A stretch of DNA of 10,710 bases, taken from positions 1-10,710 of the IMG/VR virus record IMGVR_UViG_2778261301_000001; one strand, 5' to 3'. Source of the stretch: a virus (lineage: Duplodnaviria; Heunggongvirae; Uroviricota; Caudoviricetes). Under the pieces are notes generated by a model. It searched no databases and was not told the origin of the DNA. It saw only the letters and a program-made list of their open reading frames with translations. Positions 1 through 6,990 of this stretch are shown in pieces; the first letter of the stretch is position 1; every line of letters begins with the position of its first letter. The position numbers and the translations under genes are program-made.

Positions 1-77
1 GAAAAACGAGTATTTTTAGTCATCCTGTTTACCTCTTTCTCAGGAAGTTTAGTCTCCAGGATTCCCGGGGCGGTTCA
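1..77 (-). mobile_element. Left terminus (IRL plus first codons of orfA) of an IS3-family element, IS629/IS1203/IS3411-like; the element body lies off-window to the left
   Basis: Positions 1-77 are the exact reverse complement of 10634-10710. On the minus strand the sequence reads TGAACCGCCCCGGGAATCCTGGAGACTAAACTTCCTGAGAAAGAGGTAAACAGG then ATG ACT AAA AAT ACT CGT TTT (MTKNTRF), matching the IS3-family TG terminus and the recalled IS629 OrfA N-terminus. The repeat ends exactly at 77/78. Confidence 0.75.
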
Positions 78-2106
78 CTGCTTTGTCATCGATGTTTCTG
101 GCTTGAGCCAGTTTATAGACAGTGTTTGCCTGACTCTCCATCGCATCCTGCTGGGCAGTAAATGCTTTGATTTGAGTTTGAGCAGTTTCGTTAGTTGCTT
201 TTTGCGCTTCTGCCTGCGCTGCTACCATTTGCGCCTGAGCGAGAACCATTTCAGGATTTGGCTGGCTTTGTGCTGCCATTTGCGCCTGTTGAACAATCTG
301 CTGCTCTTTCTCATTGCGTGGTTTTGCAATACCAGATATCAGCAGTTGGTTTCGGTTGTACTCTTTGAAGTCATCAAGGCCTTCGCCATCGATATTGTCC
401 AGAATAATACCCTGAATTGCCGGGCGCATTGGGTCTGTTGGAAGCATAGAGCTAAGGACATTTGTCAGTACAGAAACCGTTGCATCACGTCGTGCTGTGT
501 AGCTTGGTCCAACATCAACCGTCACATCGTATCGACCGACAGAAAGGTCATTTAACGCAACAACAGCCCCTGTTTGCCTGTCAACAACCTGTGCGCTCAG
601 GACAGCGATATCATCACTTCCATCTTCGTTAACGATGCGCACTTCACGTTCTGAACCGTACACTTCACGCGCCATTGACAGCCATACTTCACCAGCGCGT
701 TTAAGACTTTTCGCCATATTGTCCAGATAGATAAACGAAGCCATATCTGCTCTGTTCATCAAGTTGTTAACCGTTTCCTGAGCAATATTACTTGGCATCT
801 GCTGCATGGCCTGACTGCCGCCTGTAACCTCCTGAATATCTGCACTGGTTTGCTGTAGTAATGCAGCCAATGCCTGATTCATAACCGCAGGCTGTGTATA
901 TCCTGCCGGGGTAGCTCCAGCGATGATGTTGCCAGATTTATCTCTCACTTCGCGCAACGGCAAGAACGCTGGTCGTTTCTTGTTGCGAGCCTCCCAGTGC
1001 TTCTCAAGTCCACGTATTTGCTCCATGCCAACTATAGGGATCTGACCTGGGTCTTGCGCTGCAGTATCAGCCAGCATTGATACCTGAAGGTTGTACAAAC
1101 GCTGTGGATCCATTGCTTTTGCAATATGTCCTTCGACACGCTCAATGTCATCAATGAACCAGCGTTTTCCATAAACCGGGATGAGGGGGATATGCTCACC
1201 AGGAATACGTCGAGGTTTCTCAAGGAAACCATCACCATCCACTACGGATACATACACACGACGGCGCTTCACTGAGCGCCTTGCCACTTCCTGAAATCCA
1301 GCTATTGCCAGTTCATCTTCAATATCTTCGACCTGATCACTGTCGTATGTTGCAATCTCTCCAGTGATTGGATGACGATAACTGATAACGTCAACAGACT
1401 CTTTACGAACTTCGTAATACTTCGCTATGTAAATAACATCTGCATCAAACCAGTCATATTCCCAACTGGTCATAGACGTTACATCCAGAGAAGCAGGAGG
1501 TTTCTTTCCGTATTCAGCCTCATATTTTTCAGGTGACAACGAATACATGCAGAACGCCCACAACGCGTCAGATTTGTCGTACTTCTTAGCGTCAGGGTCA
1601 AACCACACAGAGCGCGACGGGTCGTATATTGGTTCAATAGCAATACGCTGACGATCGTCCATGGGGTCGTATTCATTGACCAGCATCGACGTCAAACGGA
1701 AGCAACCGAAACCACCAGTAGCAGCGTCGTCAAATGCATTATCGCAAGCCTCACCGCCATCAGTTTCTTCGTAGTCAGCACGGAACAGACCATTTAATTT
1801 ATTAGCTAACTCTTCGCTTGCCTCTCTGTCACCAGGACGAAACTTAACTGTGATTCTGTTATTGCGGTATTCTGCAATGATGCGGTTAAGTTCAGTTGCT
1901 ACCTTGTTGATTTCAAACTTAGGATACTTCTCGAACTGCTCATCAAGCTTAGTTCCAGCCGCCGTTGCTCCTTCCCATTGACCTCCGGGGACACGAGCAA
2001 ACCTCGTAGCTTCAATGCACTTTTCGCGCACTTCCTGCTGTGGAGAATAGGCGCGGTCAAACCTGAGCATGATCCGCTCATGTTTTTTCTCTAATGTCTC
2101 TGCCAT
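49..2106 (-). CDS. Phage portal protein (P22/Sf6 gp1/gp3 family), 3' end truncated and fused to IS sequence
   Basis: About 685 aa from the ATG at 2106-2104 (the ORF track's TTG at 2115 is less likely). Long collinear similarity to the recalled P22 portal, e.g. FYEV..., KRRRVY, GEHIP(L/I)(I/V)PV(Y/F)G, NMRADM. The last ~9 codons (..NRPGNPGD, stop at 49-51) lie inside the IS terminus at 1-77. Confidence 0.88.
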   Translation of the reverse strand: MAETLEKKHERIMLRFDRAYSPQQEVREKCIEATRFARVPGGQWEGATAAGTKLDEQFEKYPKFEINKVATELNRIIAEYRNNRITVKFRPGDREASEELANKLNGLFRADYEETDGGEACDNAFDDAATGGFGCFRLTSMLVNEYDPMDDRQRIAIEPIYDPSRSVWFDPDAKKYDKSDALWAFCMYSLSPEKYEAEYGKKPPASLDVTSMTSWEYDWFDADVIYIAKYYEVRKESVDVISYRHPITGEIATYDSDQVEDIEDELAIAGFQEVARRSVKRRRVYVSVVDGDGFLEKPRRIPGEHIPLIPVYGKRWFIDDIERVEGHIAKAMDPQRLYNLQVSMLADTAAQDPGQIPIVGMEQIRGLEKHWEARNKKRPAFLPLREVRDKSGNIIAGATPAGYTQPAVMNQALAALLQQTSADIQEVTGGSQAMQQMPSNIAQETVNNLMNRADMASFIYLDNMAKSLKRAGEVWLSMAREVYGSEREVRIVNEDGSDDIAVLSAQVVDRQTGAVVALNDLSVGRYDVTVDVGPSYTARRDATVSVLTNVLSSMLPTDPMRPAIQGIILDNIDGEGLDDFKEYNRNQLLISGIAKPRNEKEQQIVQQAQMAAQSQPNPEMVLAQAQMVAAQAEAQKATNETAQTQIKAFTAQQDAMESQANTVYKLAQARNIDDKAVNRPGNPGD

Positions 2107-2108
2107 GT

Positions 2109-3521
2109 TTACCAACCGGAGGATGAGGGAACGTATATTTCAGTTTCTTCGCGGACCAATGCCGGGCAATGCATACACATCATCAGCGCATCAGCCAGGT
2201 TAGGAGATGGAATACCGAGCTTCTGCTTCATTTCGACCTTAGTCATTAGCTCCAGCTTCCCGTTTTTATTGAATTTGCGCTGAATCTGCGTCAGTTCTGC
2301 AAACAGCTTCTCCAGCATCTTCTCGCCTATCGCTTCTTTGTCGAAACTCAGCATGTCGTCGGGGTCTGCATACTCACCGTGAACAACCGCCCGATATGTC
2401 AGATACAGCCTGTCAGCCAGCGCGTAATAGAATTGCGCTCGCTTATTGCGAAATACATCGCCAATAGTGCGAACGTTGTCGCCCTGTACTACTTCATCAG
2501 CCCATGCTCCGGCCTGATACGGCGCATCTTCATCGAATGGCGATTCGCTGCCCTTGAACATCGTGGCGGTGATTTTCTTGCCGGAGAACGCTTCCGTTGT
2601 CTGTCTGCGTAGCCCGGCACCAACACCATCACCATCCCACAGGTAATGGTCAGCGCCGTCTTCAATCGCCAGCGAAGTAGCCCAGTCAGCACCTTCATTG
2701 ATGTCCATCAGCAGGCCTTCGGCAATGCGCTTAACTACCGAACCGTGGCGCGATGCATAACCTTTAGCATCTGGCCCTGTATCTGATGGGTCATGCGCAG
2801 AGACAACAGCGCCTTTCGCTTTCCATCCGAGTTTCTTGTGCGCATCGGTTGCAGCTTCAAGCCATTCACGTTTGATGATTGCCATATCACTTGCGCTCAC
2901 TGGCTCACCAAGCCAGATGTGACGATACAGTGTCGGATTTCTGCGTTTACACTCTTCCATCTCCAGACGGAGAACTTCAGGAAAGTGCGGGTTGTCTGTA
3001 TAGTTCACCGTCAGCAGACAAATATCATCGGGAGGATTTACAACGAATCGCTGATAGGTATCGTCGAGAATGTTCTTAGGGTTGAAGCTCACCCATATTT
3101 CGGAAAACGGCTTGCGGATGGTTGGTATCAGGATATCCCATGATTCCTTCGTTACCGCTTCCGCTTCTTCCACCCAGCAGATATCAATGCCTTCGAGCGA
3201 TTTAATCTTCGTCGGGTTGTTTTTTATGCCGTAGAACATGAATTCAGCATTCGTTCCGAGATGACGAATCATTGAACGCTGAATTTCAAACTCAGCCGAA
3301 TACCCTTCCCGCTCGATGGTGTCTTCAAGCAACCGGATTACCGAATCGCTGATGCTGTTTTGCAGTTCACGAGCGCAGAGAATACGCACAGGCTGCCGAC
3401 GCGCCGCTTCAACAAGAAGCCTCGCAATTGCCCATGACTTACCGCTACCTCGACCGCCTTTGGCGACTTTGTAGCGATGCGCCTCAATAAACGGTTCAAA
3501 GATAGGATTAATCGAGGTCAT
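2109..3521 (-). CDS. terL: Terminase large subunit (Sf6 gp2-like; ATPase plus nuclease)
   Basis: 470-aa ORF with an N-terminal Walker A motif (VAKGGRGSGKSWA) and a Walker B-like ICWVEEAE. It sits directly upstream of the portal with a 2-nt spacer, and its length and sequence match the recalled Sf6 TerL. Confidence 0.93.
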   Translation of the reverse strand: MTSINPIFEPFIEAHRYKVAKGGRGSGKSWAIARLLVEAARRQPVRILCARELQNSISDSVIRLLEDTIEREGYSAEFEIQRSMIRHLGTNAEFMFYGIKNNPTKIKSLEGIDICWVEEAEAVTKESWDILIPTIRKPFSEIWVSFNPKNILDDTYQRFVVNPPDDICLLTVNYTDNPHFPEVLRLEMEECKRRNPTLYRHIWLGEPVSASDMAIIKREWLEAATDAHKKLGWKAKGAVVSAHDPSDTGPDAKGYASRHGSVVKRIAEGLLMDINEGADWATSLAIEDGADHYLWDGDGVGAGLRRQTTEAFSGKKITATMFKGSESPFDEDAPYQAGAWADEVVQGDNVRTIGDVFRNKRAQFYYALADRLYLTYRAVVHGEYADPDDMLSFDKEAIGEKMLEKLFAELTQIQRKFNKNGKLELMTKVEMKQKLGIPSPNLADALMMCMHCPALVREETEIYVPSSSGW

Positions 3522-3943
3522 TTTCCGAATAGAGTGCTCATCGGTGATGTTTCAATCTGGATTGCGCCGCCGTCCTTACCGACAAGCTCGTTAGTTACCT
3601 TGTCGCCATACTTACGGGGATTCATTCTGGCCAGCGCCCATTTGCGGGTATCAACGCGAAGTCTTGCCTTTGCCACCTCGGCGGCATCAGGGATTACGTC
3701 GTCAGCAATTTCGAATATCTCTTCGAAAATAGAGTCGGCCCGAGTCTCTGTTGCCTTCGCGTACTGGTCACGAAACTCCTGATGTTCAGCCAGCCAGCGA
3801 AAAACTGATGTTTTGCTCGGCATTCCTGGGCGTTCGCAAACTTTGCGCAGACTCTCGCCGGAGGAAAGCAATGCGCAAATGTCATTAGCCACCTCCGGCA
3901 TATAATCAGAGGGGCGACCACCTTTCTTTTTCTCAGTCGCCAT
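3518..3943 (-). CDS. terS: Terminase small subunit (Sf6 gp1-like)
   Basis: 141-aa ORF whose TGA overlaps the terL ATG (ATGA). The N-terminus MATEKKKGGRPSDYMPEVANDICALL... matches the recalled Sf6 small terminase, and a GAAGGGA Shine-Dalgarno lies upstream. Confidence 0.85.
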   Translation of the reverse strand: MATEKKKGGRPSDYMPEVANDICALLSSGESLRKVCERPGMPSKTSVFRWLAEHQEFRDQYAKATETRADSIFEEIFEIADDVIPDAAEVAKARLRVDTRKWALARMNPRKYGDKVTNELVGKDGGAIQIETSPMSTLFGK

Positions 3944-4022
3944 ATTGATTATTTCCCTTCTGCTTGCTTATCCCATTCATCGCGGAATTTGGATGGGTTG
4001 TCGAAACCTTGAGTTGCCATGT

Positions 4023-4265
4023 TTACGCTCCGGTAGTGAACAGGTCTAACGCTTCCTTCGATTTACGCACCGCTTCGAATGTGCGGATCGTGATATCCGA
4101 ATTAGCGCCGCCTGACTGGAAGTGAATTTTAAATAGCTCAAGCTTCAGCTCGTCAGTGCCAATGAATTGAAATGCTTCTTCTGCGGCTGCGTTCTGGTTC
4201 ATGACCAGTTTGTAAATCTCTAACTGGAATTTCTGTTCTTCAGTCATGGGAATAATCTCTGCCAT
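4023..4265 (-). CDS. Hypothetical small protein (80 aa) upstream of terS
   Basis: Clean ORF with a GGAG Shine-Dalgarno 7 nt upstream of the ATG at 4265-4263, same strand and operon context as the terminase genes. No family recognised. Confidence 0.55.
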   Translation of the reverse strand: MAEIIPMTEEQKFQLEIYKLVMNQNAAAEEAFQFIGTDELKLELFKIHFQSGGANSDITIRTFEAVRKSKEALDLFTTGA

Positions 4266-4281
4266 TGTTGGCTCCGTTTAT

Positions 4282-4312
4282 CCGTTAAAAGGGATATCAG
4301 TTAAGTTATCCC
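4282..4312 (-). terminator. Candidate intrinsic terminator (weak) between the moron and the 80-aa gene
   Basis: Inverted repeat GGGATA..TATCCC at 4291-4312 (6-bp stem, 10-nt loop), followed on the minus strand by TTTTAACGG (plus 4282-4290). Confidence 0.3.
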
Positions 4313-4574
4313 GTGCAGGGTATAAGCCATTGTCGAGACCACTCATTGAATGGTCTCTGCAATAACCGATGTCTTTCCATCAGTCCGCCACCACAAAGAA
4401 TCTTTTTTGCCATAAGGCAGGAGGTTCATCTTTCAGTGGCTGCCAGTTTATTTCCCCACTTTCTGGCTTGGGTTGTTTCGCTGTACTGCCGTTAATTGGT
4501 GAGTCCGGGGATTATTTCAGTTCGTTACCAGGCATTTCTTTTAGCTCTTTCAAATGACAACGATTGAGGCTAAA

Positions 4575-4997
4575 TCACTCCCCGTGCGACCTATAGTTGT
4601 AATATTTTTGGTGCAATTTGGTTTCAAGCTCTCTATCGGCAGGAATCTTTGCAATTAGATTTAGCTTCCCACCACTCATGCGAGATATCTCTGAAATTCG
4701 TTTATTAACCCTGCGACTAAACCCTATTTTTGTTAGCCCACTATCTTCAGCATGCAGAACGTACACATATGATTTTTGCGAAGCACTGGGTGCGACTTTG
4801 TTGTAATTAATCATGTCAAACATAAAGCCTTGCTTTAGCAAAGTTTCAAAAAAGATAGAATTAACACACCCATTCCTTCTCAGCTCTGCACTTAGCTTGT
4901 CAATTTCCTCTATGATGTCGCCAGACCCCTTTCCACTTATAAGAAAATCTTGGTACATGCGACCAATTCTTGAGGTAATTTCAACAAAGTTATTCAT
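4575..4997 (-). CDS. Moron-encoded protein with a C-terminal T5orf172 / MUG113 (GIY-YIG-like) domain; ends at an in-frame TGA where the family's conserved Trp is expected
   Basis: 140 aa from the first ATG (4997-4995), with AAAGG about 10 nt upstream. The C-terminal half reads SYVYVLHAEDSGLTKIGFSRRVNKRISEISRM...ELETKLHQKYYNYRSHGE-stop-F, matching the T5orf172 pattern (YVYVL, KIG, R..EIS, E..LH, GEWF). The region is locally AT-rich compared with the flanking phage genes. The ORF track's 221-aa version begins at a TTG and is probably over-extended. Confidence 0.65.
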   Translation of the reverse strand: MNNFVEITSRIGRMYQDFLISGKGSGDIIEEIDKLSAELRRNGCVNSIFFETLLKQGFMFDMINYNKVAPSASQKSYVYVLHAEDSGLTKIGFSRRVNKRISEISRMSGGKLNLIAKIPADRELETKLHQKYYNYRSHGE

Positions 4998-5135
4998 AGC
5001 GTCTTTACCTTTTAGAAAGTGAGCCTGTCTCACAGAAAAGCCGCCCGAGAGAGGTCGCCACCTATAACGGCATTTCTCAGGCTCGCTTACTGAAAGGCTC
5101 TCGTTAATATGCGCGTGAGATGCGCTGTGAAATTC

Positions 5136-5165
5136 AGATATAAAAAGCCCCGCGAATGCGAGGCT
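5136..5165 (-). terminator. Candidate intrinsic terminator downstream of the lysis cassette
   Basis: Plus 5146-5165 AGCCCCGCGAATGCGAGGCT forms an 8-bp stem with one mismatch and a GAAT loop. On the minus strand it is followed by TTTTTATATCTG. Confidence 0.45.
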
Positions 5166-5339
5166 AAATCCTGGTATTTGTAATGAACTGGCTCTTATCT
5201 CAACGCAGCCCCTTACTGCGCGCCAGATGCTCAATATCAAGCATCAGCAATGAGATGTTTAATCTGGATTTACTCCAGAAGTGATCACCACCCTGTCTAC
5301 AGAGCCAGATGTGAAGGATGATGAGTAAAATTATCGCTA

Positions 5340-5777
5340 TCATCGAAGGCATTGCGTCCTAATGTATTCCTGCAGGTAGTTAACCTGCGCGGTTATCTTG
5401 TCGATTCCACTTCGGAGACGGTAATAATTGAGTTCAGCATCTGCTGTAAGTCCTGGGCTTTCTCCATCGCCCATGCCGCTGGCTCCGGTCGTTGACTTTG
5501 CACAGGTGGCGGCGACTTGCAGGCGCTTACGCCCAGCAGAAACATCAGCACGGAGACTTTCAATAGTCGCGTTAGCATCAGCAAGCTCCTTTGTGTATCT
5601 GGCGTCAAGTTCTGCTACATCACGTTGACGCTTCTGCATGTCAGCGATTGTGGATGTGGCCTTATCGCGCTGCTCTTTGTAGGTCATGGCGTTATCACGG
5701 TAATGATTAACAGCCCATGACAGGCTGACGATGATGCAGATAACCAGAGCGGAGATAATCGCGGTTACTCTACTCAT
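5340..5777 (-). CDS. Rz: Rz i-spanin (inner-membrane spanin subunit)
   Basis: 145 aa. The N-terminus [29 protein letters not shown] is near-identical to recalled lambda Rz (N-terminal TM segment, coiled-coil periplasmic domain). Its ATG overlaps the R stop (ATGA). Confidence 0.88.
   Translation of the reverse strand: MSRVTAIISALVICIIVSLSWAVNHYRDNAMTYKEQRDKATSTIADMQKRQRDVAELDARYTKELADANATIESLRADVSAGRKRLQVAATCAKSTTGASGMGDGESPGLTADAELNYYRLRSGIDKITAQVNYLQEYIRTQCLR
5393..5578 (-). CDS. Rz1: Rz1 o-spanin (outer-membrane lipoprotein), embedded in the +1 frame of Rz
   Basis: Embedded ORF reading [26 protein letters not shown]...PEPAAW. It has a signal peptide with a lipobox (VSAC) and a proline-rich mature region typical of Rz1. 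The exact start is uncertain (Met at 5578 or a downstream Met). Confidence 0.72.
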   Translation of the reverse strand: MLTRLLKVSVLMFLLGVSACKSPPPVQSQRPEPAAWAMEKAQDLQQMLNSIITVSEVESTR

Positions 5778-6250
5778 ACCTCAATCTCTCTGACCGTTCC
5801 GCCTGCTTCTTTGAATTTTGCAATCAGGCTGTCAGCCTTATGCTCGAACTGACCGTAACCAGCCCCCGGCAGTGAAGCCCAGATATTGCTGCAACGGTCG
5901 ATTGCCTGACGGATATCACCGCGATCAATCATCGGCAAAGCGCCACGCTCTTTAATCTGTTGCAGTGCCACAGCGTCCTGGCTTTTCGGAGAGAAGTCTT
6001 TCAGTCCAAGCTGCTTGCGGTAGGCATCCCACCAACGGGAAAGAAGCTGATAGCGCCCGGCTGCTGTTGATTTGAGTTTTGGGTTTAGCGTGACAAGTTT
6101 GCGAGGGTGATCGGAGTAATCGGTAAATAGCTCTCCGCCTACAATGACGTCATAACCATGATTTCTGGTTTTCTGACGTCCGTTATCAGTTCCCTCTGAC
6201 CACGCCAGCATATCGAGGAACGCCTTACGTTGATTATTGATTTCCACCAT
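5774..6250 (-). CDS. R: Endolysin, lambda R-type lytic transglycosylase
   Basis: 158 aa, [51 protein letters not shown]..., essentially identical to recalled lambda R. The start overlaps the S stop as in lambda. Confidence 0.95.
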   Translation of the reverse strand: MVEINNQRKAFLDMLAWSEGTDNGRQKTRNHGYDVIVGGELFTDYSDHPRKLVTLNPKLKSTAAGRYQLLSRWWDAYRKQLGLKDFSPKSQDAVALQQIKERGALPMIDRGDIRQAIDRCSNIWASLPGAGYGQFEHKADSLIAKFKEAGGTVREIEV

Positions 6251-6557
6251 CTTCTACTCCGGCTTTTTTAGCAGCGAAGCGTTTGATAAGCGAACCAATC
6301 GAGTCAGTACCGATGTAGCCGATGAACACGCTCGTTATATAAGCGAGATTGCTACTTAGTCCGGCGAAGTCGAGAAGGTCACGAATGAACCAGGCGATAA
6401 TGGCGCACATCGTTGCGTCGATTACTGTTTTTGTAAACGCACCGCCATTATATCTGCCGCGAAGGTACGCCATTGCAAACGCAAGGATTGCCCCGATGCC
6501 TTGTTCCTTTGCCGCGAGAATGGCGGCTAACAGGTCATGTTTTTCTGGCATCTTCAT
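6234..6557 (-). CDS. S: Holin/antiholin, lambda S (S107/S105 dual start)
   Basis: 107 aa, [39 protein letters not shown]..., near-identical to recalled lambda S. It has the Met1-Lys2-Met3 dual-start motif (ATGAAGATG at 6557-6549). Confidence 0.95.
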   Translation of the reverse strand: MKMPEKHDLLAAILAAKEQGIGAILAFAMAYLRGRYNGGAFTKTVIDATMCAIIAWFIRDLLDFAGLSSNLAYITSVFIGYIGTDSIGSLIKRFAAKKAGVEDGGNQ

Positions 6558-6682
6558 GTCTTACCCCCAATAAGGGGATTTGCTCTATTTAATTAGGAAT
6601 AAGGTCGATTACTGATAGAACAAATCCAGGCTACTGTGTTTAGTAATCAGATTTGTTCGTGACCGATATGCACGGGCAAAAC

Positions 6683-6712
6683 GGCAGGAGGTTGTTAGCG
6701 CAACCTCATGCC
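6683..6712 (-). promoter_or_regulatory. Conserved GC-rich stem-loop in the S leader (lambda-like)
   Basis: GGCAGGAGGTTG / CAACCTCATGCC (12-bp stem, one mismatch, 6-nt loop), followed on the minus strand by GTTTTGCCCGTG. The same structure sits at the same place upstream of S in recalled lambda sequence. Function not assigned here. Confidence 0.5.
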
Positions 6713-6847
6713 ACCCGCTTTCACGAAGCCAGCCATTACGCTGGTTTTCTTTTATGCAAAGCACACCGCACCGTAGCCACAGCGGATAAGGTGATTATTT
6801 TTGTCTGTCTGGTATTTGGGTTGATGTGCTTTCAGAAAGGTCGTGAT

Positions 6848-6886
6848 TAAAACGCAAAAAGCCCCGAGCTATTAACTCAGGGCTTT
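6848..6886 (-). terminator. Promoter-proximal intrinsic terminator of the late operon (tR'-equivalent; target of Q antitermination)
   Basis: On the minus strand, GCCCUGAG-UUAAUAG-CUCGGGGC (8-bp GC-rich stem, extendable to 11 bp) is followed immediately by UUUUUGCGUUUU. It lies about 25-65 nt downstream of the predicted pR' start. Confidence 0.6.
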
Positions 6887-6905
6887 ATTTAACGAGTGCA
6901 TTTAT

Positions 6906-6948
6906 CCATCGTTTGGTCAAATTTACCCAACTTTATTCAAAAAGTCAA
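6906..6948 (-). promoter_or_regulatory. Late promoter pR' with Q-utilisation (qut) region
   Basis: The minus strand reads TTGACT (plus 6943-6948), a 17-bp spacer, TAAATT (plus 6920-6925), then TTGACCAAACGATGG. This is nearly identical to recalled lambda pR' (TTGACTTATTGAATAAAATTGGGTAAATTTGACTCAACGATGG), including the pause-inducing AACGAT element. Predicted +1 is near 6912. Confidence 0.75.
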
Positions 6949-6990
6949 TATCATGCCGTTAATATGTTGCCATCCGTGGCAATCATGCTG

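Noticed and set aside
103-555. Plus-strand ORFs (e.g. 103..555, 2793..3143, 7665..8045, 8680..8979, 10108..10614) and short minus-strand ORFs in alternative frames (e.g. 1032..1238, 2489..2698, 8479..8670, 8720..8989)
   Set aside because: Each lies antisense to, or out of frame within, a strongly supported minus-strand gene (portal, terL, rusA/ninH, Rha, ninB). They have no recognisable family or start context, and they break the otherwise unbroken minus-strand operon structure.
4266-4574. Possible small minus-strand ORFs (22-28 codons) or a structured RNA in the moron's 3' flank
   Set aside because: They have no convincing ribosome-binding sites and no recognisable tRNA or riboswitch-like structure. 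The plus-strand ORFs 4313..4495 and 4369..4557 run against the local gene direction.
4998-5240. The 81-codon N-terminal extension of the 221-aa ORF (TTG start at 5240)
   Set aside because: It has no ATG and unprotein-like composition, and it contains the terminator-like hairpin at 5136-5165. The first ATG (4997), with AAAGG upstream, gives a 140-aa product matching the domain. The extension is more likely untranslated leader/promoter DNA, though the frame being open is mildly unusual.
5318-5362. Plus-strand 14-codon ORF ([14 protein letters not shown]) with an upstream GAAGG
   Set aside because: It overlaps the 3' end of Rz on the opposite strand and is too short to support without conservation data.
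6683-6712. GC-rich hairpin upstream of S as the late terminator tR'
   Set aside because: The same hairpin occurs just upstream of S in lambda, far downstream of lambda's tR', and its U-tract is weak (GUUUUGCC). The hairpin at 6848-6886 is the better terminator candidate.
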